Assembly: GCF_009834535.1 (NCBI RefSeq)
Contig: NC_045697.1
Coordinates: 17,362,001-17,426,000, forward strand
Direction: 5' to 3'
From: Camelus ferus
Taxonomy: Eukaryota
Length of the DNA stretch: 64,000 bases
The notes under the pieces are model-generated. The model saw only the letters and a program-made list of their open reading frames with translations, made no database searches and was not told the DNA's origin. Both the position numbers and the translations under genes were made by a program. Below, piece by piece: positions 52,956-64,000 of the stretch (its first letter is position 1; each line of letters opens with the position of its first letter).

Positions 52956-55774
52956 AGAGGTTTTTTTTTTCTTGAGGGAGGGGGAGCTATTTTTCGCTTA
53001 TGGATAGCCAGTTGCTCCAACACCATTTAGTAAAAGGTCTATCCTTCCTCTATTGGATTGCATTTGACCTTTATCAAAAATTAGTTGACTGAAAAAAAAA
53101 ATGAATTGACTGTACTTGTGTGGGGCTATATCAGGGTTCTCTATACTTTTCCACTGATCTGTATGCCTATCCATCTGCCAAAAACCACACGGCCTTGATT
53201 ACTATATCTGTACAGTAAACCTTGAAATCAAATAGAGTGATTCATCCCATTTTATTCTTATTCTTCAGAATGGTTTCAGGTATTCTACTTTCTTGACCTT
53301 TCTATATAAATTTTGGAATTGTCTACCTACAAAAAATCTTGCTAAGAATTGCGTAAAAGCTGTATGTCAGTTTGGAGAGAATTGACATCCTTAATATGTG
53401 GAGTCTTCTGATCCATGTATATGGAAAGTCTCAATATTTATTTAGATTGTCTTTGATTTCTTTCATCAGAATTTTGTAGTTTTCAGTATACAAGTTTTGT
53501 ACATGTTTTGCTAAATTACGCCTAAGTATTTCATTTTGGGGGAGCAGCTATAAGTGATGTATTTTTAATTTTGGTTTCCACATTTTCACTGCTAGGAGGT
53601 ACACAATTACTAGTATCTCTACTAGAATAAAATTTATTTTGGTATGCTGGTCTTGTATCCTGCAACTTTGCTAAAATAGCTTATTTGTTCTAGGAGATTT
53701 TTGTAGAATTTTTGTGACTTCTTTTATGTACATCATCACGTCATCTGCAAACAGGAACAGTTTTATTTCTTCCTTTCCAGCTGTTGCTTTTTTCCCTCTA
53801 TTACACAGGCTAAACTCTCCAGGACTACAGTGAATAGCAGTGGCAAGAGTGGGCAGCATTGTTATCTTCCTGATGTCTTTCACTATTAAATATGATATAA
53901 GTTGTAGTGTTTGTAGATGTTCTTTATCAAATTGAGGAAGTCCCCCTATATATTCCTAATTTCAGGAGTGTTCTTTTTTATCATAAATGGGTGCTAAATT
54001 ATGTCGTATGTTTTTTCAGCATCAGTTGATACCATAATGTGATTTTTCTCCCCTAGCCATTTAATAGTCCCACTTAATCATCATGTATAATTCTTTTTAT
54101 ATATTGCTGAATTTTATTTGCTAATACTTATTAAAATTTTTGTATCTATGTTCATGAGAGATCTTTCTAGTTTTCTTTTTTTGTACTGTGTTGTCTGGTT
54201 TTGGTATCAGGATAATACTGCCATCATACAGTGAGTTGGGAAGTGTTCATTCTTTTCTAGTTCCCGGAAGAAATTATGGGCATTGGTGTTGGTTCTCCTT
54301 GCATTGATTTTTTTGCATTAGTGATCTTTTTAAATGTTGCATTTAAATCTTGTTTCTCTTGATTACTCATTTTTTTAATGCCACATTAAATTTTGCACCC
54401 AAAGTGAATCCCTCACTTGCCTCACTCTAATACCAGCATGGTGAGCCATAAAAAGGTTACATTTAGCCTAGTAAAGCCACCCGTGAAATGTTATTCCGAG
54501 GAAATCATCGAGAAAGAGGTTAAGGGTATGTTCACATACATACTTCACTATCTTTAAACTGTGTGAAATTATGAAAACTTGTATGAGAAAATTTAGGTTA
54601 TAGGTGACCCTTTTCTTAACATATTTTAAAAATACTTTTATAGTAATGTTTTAATAGTAAATGCATTTAGTTTTTTTTTTTTTTACAACTTCAGGAATTA
54701 TTTTACCATTGCAAAATATAACAGGAGGATGACTGGACCTTTGCAGGCTTAACACAATTGTGAAATAAAAAGGACACTCCCCCATCCATACCTTCCCTGA
54801 GGAAATGGCTTCAGTAACTAAATTCTAATCAACTTCTGGTAACTTTCTTTTCCCCTTACAGGAAAACAAAATGAATTAAAAAAGGGAATTTTCTCTCCAA
54901 AGACTAAATTTCTGGATTCATATGCTTTTTCTGCTTTATCATCTTTATCTGCAATGGGACATATTTCCCCTTCCTGTCTCCTTTGGCCCCCTACACAGAA
55001 TTCCGGATTATGGTGAGGTGTGTGGGAATACAATGGGATGAAAGCCAGGGGAGTCGCTTCCCTCAGCCATTTGCACAGCCACCTACATGGCTAAGGCGCT
55101 CATCATCTCTTCCCTAGAATATTGTAACAGCCTCCAGCGAGCCTCCCTGCCTCCCAGCCTGTTCTCTTTCCCGTTCATTTTTTCTATATAGCTACTGCAG
55201 TTTTTTTTTTTTTTAAACACATGCATTTGATCATGAGACTTCCCTATTTAAATTTTTTGTGGTGATTTCCTCCTGTATAAGGGATGAAGTAAAACACAAG
55301 ACCCTTTATAAGGCCCAGCCACTCCAGCCAGTGTGCTTTTTTCTATCTTCACCCTCATGAAGCCTAAAGCCATTGAACTACTCAGAATTTCCTGAATAAA
55401 CCAAGTATTTTTGCTTCATTCTTGTCATTTCCCTCTAACGTTAACTCTCCTCACTCCTATGACAAAAATTTAGCTATTTTTCAAGACAAACTTAAAAGTA
55501 TCACCATTTCAGAAAGCCAATTATTTTCCTCCCTCTCCTCTTTCAAAGAAAATTAATCACTCCCTTTGTCATGTCCCAGTGTCCTTTACCCTATCACCTG
55601 TGACCTTACCTGCCTAATCAGCAAGTGTAACACACTTTCTGATAAATATAATTATACTAATGAGGACAATCAGACAAAATACTTTAAATTAAGACTACAT
55701 TGCACATTTGACAATATATTATAATCACGATATATTTAGATCTAAATCATGCTCCCCATAAACACATTTGATGG

Positions 55775-56715
55775 CATAATATCATCTTGATTTTAAGACA
55801 CTATTGATTTTAAGATGGCATATTTATTTACTAATGAATTTTTAAAAAGACTATTAATCTACATCAAATTTTTTAAACTGTCAAATGTATCCAGATAATT
55901 ACAATTTACTTTTTTTGTTTAGTATTATAGAGTTGGAGTGTAAGTGTTCAACATAATGAGACTCTAAGAGTCCTTCTGAATCATACTTCATCACCTGCAG
56001 TCTGCATGGCATTGTGGTTTATATCGTGATCATTTGGTAATCTTTGCTGGTGATAGTGAACTCTTTAGCACCCTTAGATCCAAGACCATTAAGTCTTGAA
56101 GTCTATTAAAGATTATCACAGTTTCAGTTCTTATTTGGTTAGACTCAGAGTCTTGGTTCCCATTTAATTAAATGATATATTGCTGGAAGTTAAATGGTTT
56201 CTCTTTAAGTGACAGGAAGCTTTGAACAGAGAGACTTCTAAAGCCTGAGTGATAATCCTTCATGGTGCATGAGTTGCTCACACCTGTCTCTCCCAGGCTT
56301 GAAAGTTCTATCAGCTATATTCCTGAGAGGCTTGCCCATTTCTAGTGCCTTTAATTGCTTTGCTTGTTGAAGAGAAAAATTTTTTTATTTGTTCAATTTT
56401 GTTTGTTTGCTTCATCGTAACATAATCTTTCGGAAGGCACTTAAGCAACAATTAGGAATGCAAAGTTTAGTTACAATTTTATCACCAATGCAAATAAAGG
56501 TGAGAAAATGGTAAATATATGCACTGTGCATCACTAAATATTCCTGTGTTTGGACCTTCTCACTCGTGTTACCCCAGGCTGTGACAGTTCACTTTTCTGC
56601 CTGGCAGCTGGTAGGTAGAAAAGCAAGGATTGGCATTGATTGTAAAGGCACATTTCATTTCCAGAAATATCAAAACTTAACAAACATTTGCATTTATTGT
56701 CACAAGTTAAGGTAG
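55775..56715. mobile_element. TcMar-Tc2 (Kanga/MER104-like) relic
   Basis: Sub-terminal motifs GATTTTAAGACACTATTGATTTTAAGATG and CATTGATTGTAAAGGCACAT. Confidence 0.45.
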
Positions 56716-57414
56716 TTCTTCATGTGTTTGTGTCCTCAACCAGATTATAATAAGCTCCTCAGTCCTGTTTTTTTCTTCTCCATCTCTGTGTCCCTAGAGT
56801 CCAGTAGGGTGCTTGGTCTGTATAAGGTGCTCGATAAATCCTGTGGAATGAGTGGAAAAATGCAGACCACAAACTAGGCAGGTAACTAATGACAGATGTT
56901 CATGTATGTTATTTACTTGGACCAACATAGGTTTGAAGGGGGCGAATCTCAGTTTATTCTTCCTTGTTTTGTGAATTGTGATAGAGATGTTTTGTTCCTC
57001 AATTTTAAGAATGTTTTTCTCCAAGAGGTAAAAAGTCATGTAAGTGGACAGAATTTTCTTGCTTAAATTGTCCGTGAATCTTTGGAACGTGCTTCTACTT
57101 CTCTGATAGGGAACAGTTCACAAACAAGTAAATAAACAAGTAGCAAGCAAGTGTTCACAGGACATTTTAGAGCTATCTGATAGTCTTTAGGTCCAGAGAT
57201 TGATTTTCCAAGGAAATGTGTGCTGAAGGCTGTGCTTTTTTATTGAATACGTGTACTTGTATCGTATCGAGGCTAGTAAAACTGTTCTTGCTTCACATAG
57301 TGGATTTAAATAAACCAGTATTTCATGGAGCTATTTAAGGAAACTTCTCTACTGTTCAGGGTTAGGACTAGATGCACTGTCAGCCCAGAGGCTCTTCAAA
57401 GTGGGAGGTGCGAA

Positions 57415-57482
57415 GAAATTGACACGACATTGTAAACTGACTATATTTCAATTAAAAAAAAAAAGAGACAAAAAGAAGAAGA
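57415..57482 (+). mobile_element. Very short L1 3' tail stub
   Basis: GAAATTGACACGACATTGTAAACTGACTATA plus A tail. Diverged TSD AAAG(T/A)GGGAGG...GAA. Confidence 0.7.
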
Positions 57483-57514
57483 AAAGAGGGAGGCATGAAA
57501 AGCCTGGGAGTGGG

Positions 57515-57830
57515 GTGTTCTAGTTATCCATTGCTTATAACAAACTATCCCAAACGTATTGGCTTAAATCAGCAATCATTTTATTATATATCATGATTTT
57601 GTGCATGAGGAATTCAGGCAGGGGTCAGCAACAGCGCTCTGTGTGGCATCACGTAGGATCCCTTGGCAGTGTTTGGTGGGAGGAGGCTGGGCAGGCCAGG
57701 AGGGTACAAGTCAGCTTTGCTCGCACGTCTGGGCAGGCTTGGTGGGTCAGATGAAAGGTTCAGCTCAGCGGGGACTGTCCACTGGAGCACCTTCGTGTGG
57801 TTTTTCTATCATGGTGGCCTTGGGGTAAAC
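57515..57830 (-). mobile_element. MLT1-family LTR fragment
   Basis: GTTATCCATTGCTTATAACAAACTATCCCAAAC...GGCTTAAA...CATTTTATTAT. Confidence 0.6.
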
Positions 57831-58374
57831 CCTGGATAGTTTGAGGGAATTCTGAACGTGAATTCTTGGATTGTTACCGTGTTGTTACTCTCTCACTTGG
57901 ACAAAGCTGTTTTTCAGGGAATACCCACCTGGCATGTGTCTGTATTCCAGTCTGCCCTAATTTACCCAGCTCCCCTATGTATTGAGGTCGTTGTGCATTG
58001 AGGTCAGAAATGAACCATTTGGGCAAAACATGTTATCCCCTCTTCTCCAGAGTCTGAAACACACACATTCCACCCTATGCATCATCTGACCTGGATAGTG
58101 GCTCTTAACATGTTTTGCCAAATGGAATTCATATCTGACTCCTCTTGCAAGGCTAATTTCACTGAGAAAAAGAAATAACTTTTAATTTTAGGGTTATTAT
58201 ATTTGATGAGATTAATTATCCCCTACTTTTAAAAATGCATATTTCAGTGGCTAACAAGGATGTGAAGAAATGCATAAAGGAAAAAATAAAATATGGGAAA
58301 AAATACAGTTGTTTGACTTTGAAAAGTGCCAATGTCCTTTCTTTTGCTGCTTCATGGTCCTATGGACCATTTTA

Positions 58375-58915
58375 ATTTAAAGTTAGGTTTACTGAGGTAA
58401 TAATTGACATGCAGTAAAATTTGCCTATTTTAGTGTAGAGTTCTATGAGTTTTGACAAACAAATGTGCTGTGTAATCACCACAGTCAAGGTACAGAGCAT
58501 TTCCATTCCTTCTTCAAATTCCCTAGAGCCCGTTGAAGCTTACCCCTTCCTGTATCCCCAGGCCCTAAAAATCACTGATCTGTTTTCAGGCTCTATATTT
58601 CTGCCTTTTCCAGAAAGTCATATTAATGGAACATTACACTGTGTAGCCTTTTGAGTCTGGCTTCTGTTACTCAGCTAATACATTCGAGATGCACCCACGA
58701 TGTGCCTGTACTGGTGGTTTGTCCTTTGTCATTGCTGAACAGTATTCCATTGTGTGCATGTACCAAGGTTTGTTTATCCATTCACAGTTGAAGGACATTT
58801 GGGTTGTTTCCAGGTTTGGGTGTTTATGAATCAAGCCACTATAATTATCTGCATACAGACTTTTATATGAACATAGGTTTTTGTTCCCCTTGGGTAAATC
58901 CTATGGGCCGTTTTC
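58375..58915 (-). mobile_element. L1M 3' fragment
   Basis: TTTACTGAGGTAATAATTGACAT...GAAGGACATTTGGGTTGTTTCCAG. Confidence 0.8.
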
Positions 58916-59419
58916 TTGGCTCCCCCAAATTCGTCCAGCTGTCTGTCTGCCCTGTCCTCAGAACCCCAGCCTGGAGAGTCAAGCACCATTCTTACTTTGA
59001 GCAGAGATGTGTGAGTTCTAGAGGCAAGGACAGTTTCAGAATTTAGGTCTCTAGACAGCTGACAGACCCTCTGAGGATACAGGGAAATAAATAAAATGCA
59101 GAGAAATAGATGGGTGATGGATGGATGGAGGGAGGAGAAGTGGGGGAAAATAAGGTGTGTGAGCATGAGACAGGTCTCCCACGTCAGGTGCTGGTAATTA
59201 AGGGCTGCTTCTTCATTAGCCGCCCAGCTGCCTGTAAAATTGAATTGTGTCTCTCTGCTTATAAACTGGAATTGTGACTCACTGAATTATGATTTGCTTA
59301 AATCTGCTCTTGCCATTTGTGCGTAGGAGCTAATGTATTGCAGCTGATATCTGGACTAAAGTGAGATGATTAGGAGGTTTCTGGTCATCGGAGATTTCTA
59401 TTAATAATTCTATTTGAAG

Positions 59420-59870
59420 AACAATAGTAGCTAACACTTACTGAGCACTTGCCATGTACCAGATACTGTTCTAAGGACTTTACATATTCGAACTCACTTA
59501 ATCCTCCTGACAACCTGAAGAGCTAGCGATAATTTTCCCCACTTGACAGATTTTATAGAACTTGAGGCACAGAGAGATTGAGGACTGTGAGCAAGTGACA
59601 GTGCTGGAGTCAACACGGGCCACCTGGCTCGCTACCCAATTGCTTAACCATTAGGCTATCCTGCCCCTACATGCCGGCCAGGAAGAGCCAGCACTGGGCA
59701 TGCCTTCTCCGGTCTTCATACTGGCCCAGCAAGGTGACTCTTATTATCCCTATTTTTATAGACAAGGGAATTGAGACTCAGGGAAATTAAGTAACTAGGT
59801 CAAGGTCCCTGGCTGGTGGGTCATGGAGTTGGGAAGGGAATCCAAGTCAATCCACATGCTCTCCACCACC
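59420..59870. mobile_element. MIR SINE fragments
   Basis: AATAGTAGCTAACACTTACTGAGCACTT...TTAATCCTC and TATTATCCCTATTTTTATAGACAAGGGAATTGAGACTCAG core motifs. Confidence 0.7.
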
Positions 59871-60847
59871 TCTCCCTGCCTCTAATAAAATCCTTTGGTT
59901 TGCCTTGGACTTGACCTCAGTTGAGAGGCTGTCGAAGACGTGAAATGAAGATGAATCTGTCTGTGTCTCTGTTAGCCTGCCGTCCAGGCTCAGCGCATGC
60001 TGCCTGCGCGTTCCTGCCGGGATCTGGCTCCCTGCAGCCTGCTGGCCCTGGAGAGGAGCTCTGTGGGGACCAGGAGGCTGATTGTAAAAATATTCTGATT
60101 TTTACCAGGACTTTTCTGAAATAATAAACTCCCCTAGGAAAGTTGGGGGAAAAACACACACACACACACAAATACTTGTTGAAGGTATATTTATAATATA
60201 TGTCTTTTTGCATTCATTTGACTCAAATTTCCTTAATAGGCTGCTTATTCTGGGCATCATGCTTGCTCTAATTAGTTTTGTTTTTTTTTTTTTTTTTTTT
60301 TTTTATCATGTGATGGTTGGTCTCTGGAGATGAGAGAGCTTGAAAACCTGAGCGGCAGCTGCGGCTACAGAACCACCAGCTCGTCATTGCCTTGGCTGTG
60401 CTTCTGTGAGGTGGAGGGGAGGGTAGCCTGGTCCTTGTAAGTCTTACCTTGCACAAAAATGCCCTGACATGGGGGATGCTTGGGTTTTACTATTTATTTT
60501 ATCATCATTGGGCATCTTCTTCATGCTCAGCTCTGTGTTCAGCACTTTTGGACATTTGCTATCTCTAGTTGCCACATCTGTCTCCCTACTGAGCTGAGTT
60601 CCTGAGTGTAGGGAAATATGTCATCAAGGATGAATTGGATCTGGTTTTCTATCATCCAGTAGCCCTGAGCTTAGTATGAGAAACCGACATATATATAAAT
60701 AATCTGAAAACATGGCACACTGTGATGGTGCAATAGTATCATAACAATAATAATGAACATTTAAGGAAAGAGTATTATTGTCCTGGCACCGTGCTAAATC
60801 CTGCACGTGTTCATATGCATCTTTAATCCTTAGTGAAATCAGTGCTG

Positions 60848-61362
60848 TGGCAGTTATCTATTACTGTAATAATGCTGGGTAACAACCATAAAGCATCAGT
60901 GGCATGTGACAACATTTATTTTTGCTCCCAAATCTGAGCATTGGCTGGGAGCTTCCGCTTCTGGGGCAGCTGGCTGTTGGCTGAGGCACCTCAGCTGAGT
61001 TCACGTGTGCATCTGGGTGGCCAGGGCTAGCTGGTCTGAGAAGGTCTCAGGTGAGATCATTGGCCTCCGTTTTACTCTGTTTCTCCTCTTCCAGGAGGCT
61101 AACTCTGGCCTCTTCTCATGACAGAGACGGGATGCCAAGAAGCATGTGGAAGCACACAAACCTTTTGAGGGTGAAACTCGAAACTGGCACACAGTCAATT
61201 CTGCTGCATTTGTACTTGGCCAAAGCAAATTTACAAGGGTGACCTAGATTCAGGGAATGGGGGTTAGGCTCTACCTCTTGATGCTGCAAAGTTATTCTCT
61301 TAAAGGCATGGGTACCAGAGTGGTGAAGGAGTATAGCAGACATTTTTGTAATCTTACCACAG
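60848..61362 (-). mobile_element. MLT1-family LTR
   Basis: GTTATCTATTACTGTAATAATGCTG...GAAACTGGCACACAGTCA...GGCCAAAGCAAAT. Confidence 0.65.
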
Positions 61363-61547
61363 GGACTATGATCATCTCCATTTTACAGATAAAGAAACTG
61401 ATGCATGGAGAGGTACCCAAGCTCACACAGAAAGTAACTGCATCATAAGCAAAAGGGCTACAGAAGTATTGATGAAGGAAGAGATTGATGCTTTTATTAA
61501 AGACTTGAAGTCTTCTTTGGTGTGAGGATAAATCAGAACTGGGGCAC

Positions 61548-61998
61548 TGTATCAGATGCTGTTGATGTCTTGCCCCAGTTCATACCGGGACCACCTGTGA
61601 GTTCACCGGCAGCTAAGGGGACAGCCTGCCAGCTTCTCACTTCAAGGGGCTCTCTGCTTCTCTGCTTGAGGCTTTTTCCAGGGTCATCAAAGTTTGCTCT
61701 GTCTACTTGCAGGGCACCCTGCAAGTGTCAGAGGTAATGTCCCACCGGGGCAACCCTCAACCAATGTGGGATAGGAGCTGAGAAATCAATACCCCAGCTT
61801 CCCCAACCTGGGTGGACTAATTCTGTGGCACATTTTACAGAGTTCCTCAGATGACCCCCCCCAGAGACTGAGCCCAGGTTACTCTCAGTAGTAGCCCGCT
61901 CATTAACACACACCTTATCACTGTCCTCTTTCAAGGAAGACACCTGCATCCAAGCCTTTGTCTTAGGGTCCACTTTTGCAAGAAATCAGACGAAGACA
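61548..61998 (+). mobile_element. LTR16-family solo LTR
   Basis: TGTATCAGATGCTG start, CAACCAATG...ATACCCCAGCTTCCC, end GACGAAGACA. Confidence 0.65.
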
Positions 61999-62999
61999 TC
62001 TTGAAGGATGGACAAGATATTGACAGATAGGGGGAGCCTAGTGCACTGTTCTGGGTAGAGGATCTCATTTGACAAGGTCTTGAAGCTTTTCTCAGCTAGT
62101 CTATTTTGTTTGTCCAGAAGTGCTTTTCAGAACAAGGGGCTGATTTTGTAACATGTAAAGCAAACATGTCAGGTACTGCTTTCTAAGTTACTCATTAGGC
62201 ACATTAACTTATTTTTCCTTCTCAAAAAATTAACTTTTCTAGTTATAAAAGAAATGCAGGCACATTGCAGAAAAATTGGAAATGCAAAAGAAAATAAAAA
62301 GAAGGAAGAAAAATACATAATCCTACACACAGAGGCAAGTCCTACTACATTTTTTTCTATATTTTCTTTTGAGTGCTCTTGTAATATGTTTCATGTATAC
62401 TATATATTCAGTTTGGGATTTTTCTTTTCCACTAATATAAAAGCAAAAGCATTTTATAATATTATTAATAAATTTCCAGAAATCTACTTTTAATGGCTGC
62501 CCTATAGTACAGCATGTGAATGGGGCATAGGTTTACTTAATTGTTCCCCCAGCTCTGGACAGTATGTCTAAATTTTCTTTGTGCAAATAATACTCTATTT
62601 ACATCATTGTGTAATCACATTTTATGTTAATTTCAGATTATTCCTTTTAGGAATGATTTCTGGAAATAGAATTAGTAGGTTACAGGGTTTAAACATTTTC
62701 ACAGGCTTTTGGCCATTAAATCTTAACTTTAACATTTAGGTTTTGAGCTTCTAAATAGATAGGAGCTGCTTTTGCCCAGCACAGGTATCTATCTTAGTAC
62801 CTGAAGAGGTTTTTTTTATTAAGGAATTATTCATACAGTCAACTTATATTTATTGAGCACCTATTATGATCAGGCATGATTCTAGATACTAGAGTTACCA
62901 ATGAACAGCACACCCACAAATCCCTGCCCTGGGCGAGTACAAGATGAGCCTCAAACATCTGATGAATACTAGAGAGTAAGGAAATGCTTAAAAAACGAT

Positions 63000-64000
63000 G
63001 AGTCCATGTCACGAGGGCCCTGCTTGAAAGGGTTCCCACCAGCAAAATCTGGTATAATTTGAATACCAAATAATTAAGGAAAACAGCGAGTTATAAGGAT
63101 TGAAAAAATAGAAATTGATGAATCCATTGTAATAATAAGTAGATAAACAAACAAGGGAGAAAGGACGGCTCTTGCTTATAGCAAAATGCTGAGGTCCCCA
63201 CCAGTAAATGGGCAGGGGTTGCTGAAGTTGGAAATTACCATTTTATTACTATCATAATAAAGATTGGCTTAGGCAAGAATCATTGATGGATTATAAATCT
63301 AGGAGGTACTTTTCATAAGGAACAGGAGATTTGCACGGTCTTTGGTGTCTCTCCAGAGATTGGGCATCAGTTGAAAGGGAAAGAACAGTAACTACACAGT
63401 GTAGAAACAGGACAACACCTCGACTAGATGATAAAAACTGGTATCACCCGTGTGGGACAGGGGGATGGTGTGTGCTTCCAGATGTCATTCATTGAGATGG
63501 ACACATGGCATCAGTGATGTATCCTGACTGAGAATGCCTCACCTGAGTATACCCATGAGAAAATATCAGACCAAGCCCAAATGAGGAAGGTTCCATTGAG
63601 GGGGAAAGAGAGAGCGAGAGAGGGAGAGAGAGAGAGAAGTACTATAGTCTTCCAAATGTCAATGACATAAAATACAAAGAAAGGCTGAACTGGGTGGGGG
63701 AAATGATATAAAGAAGAGTATTAGGTCAGTTGACATTATTGGGTCAATTATGAATTGGAATACGCTAAATACATTAGATAAAAGTATTTTATTAGAGTTA
63801 AATCCACTGAAGTTGATAACTGTGGTATGATTATTTAGAAGAATATCCCAATTGTTAGGAAATACACACTGAAGTAATTAGGGGTAACAGGCCATGATGT
63901 AGGCAACCTACTCTCAAATGTTGAGAAGAAGTATTATATAATTATATAGTATGGTTGTATAATTAAAATAATAACATATGTTTTATATATGAGAGGGAGG
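63000..64000 (+). mobile_element. L1MC-type 3' UTR
   Basis: CATGAGAAAATATCAGACCAAGCCCAAATGAGG, TTAGGAAATACACACTGAAGTA, CAACCTACTCTCAAATG. Confidence 0.7.

Larger units (their letters stand above)
50705..54300 (-). mobile_element. Old L1 (L1MB/MC-type) 3' ~3 kb
   Basis: ORFs 52155..52496 and 53671..53883 (KEEIKLFLFADDVM, the RT FADD motif) are ORF2 relics. Confidence 0.88.
50490..54440. mobile_element. MER96B-like palindromic hAT MITE split into two parts (~50490-50705 and ~54300-54440) by an L1
   Basis: Left part AAAATCAAAGTTAATG..TCCATGATG..CTGTCTTTATTTAAAATTTTG. Right part TCTTGATTACT...TTAAATTTTGCACCC...CCTCACTTGCCTCAC. Confidence 0.6.

Overview
This is a mammalian genomic window. It is most likely a camelid (alpaca, llama or camel), because it carries four copies of a tRNA-Ala-like SINE matching the camelid Vic-1 family. 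Bases 1-~23.4 kb hold the 5' part of DHX15 (DEAH-box RNA helicase, Prp43 orthologue) on the minus strand. Coding exons 1-3 lie at 23234-23164, 17305-16870 and 12116-11923. All have GT-AG boundaries and join in frame through Walker A (GETGSGKT) and motif Ia (TQPRRVAA); exon 4 lies left of the window. A CpG-island promoter sits at ~22.4-23.6 kb. The remaining ~40 kb upstream has no supportable protein-coding gene and is transposon-rich. It includes a ~10 kb decayed ERV-L provirus with many nested insertions, L1, L2, MIR, MaLR and DNA-transposon relics, and a few L1-mobilised non-L1 pieces. I see no clearly new biological system. The best leads are a cluster of strong unused splice signals in DHX15 intron 2 (candidate poison exon or recursive site) ahead of a weak authentic acceptor, an L1 with serial 3' transductions, an orphan TSD-flanked insertion, and a retroposed 3'-UTR fragment. 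Repeat family names come from remembered consensus sequences, and repeat boundaries are approximate.
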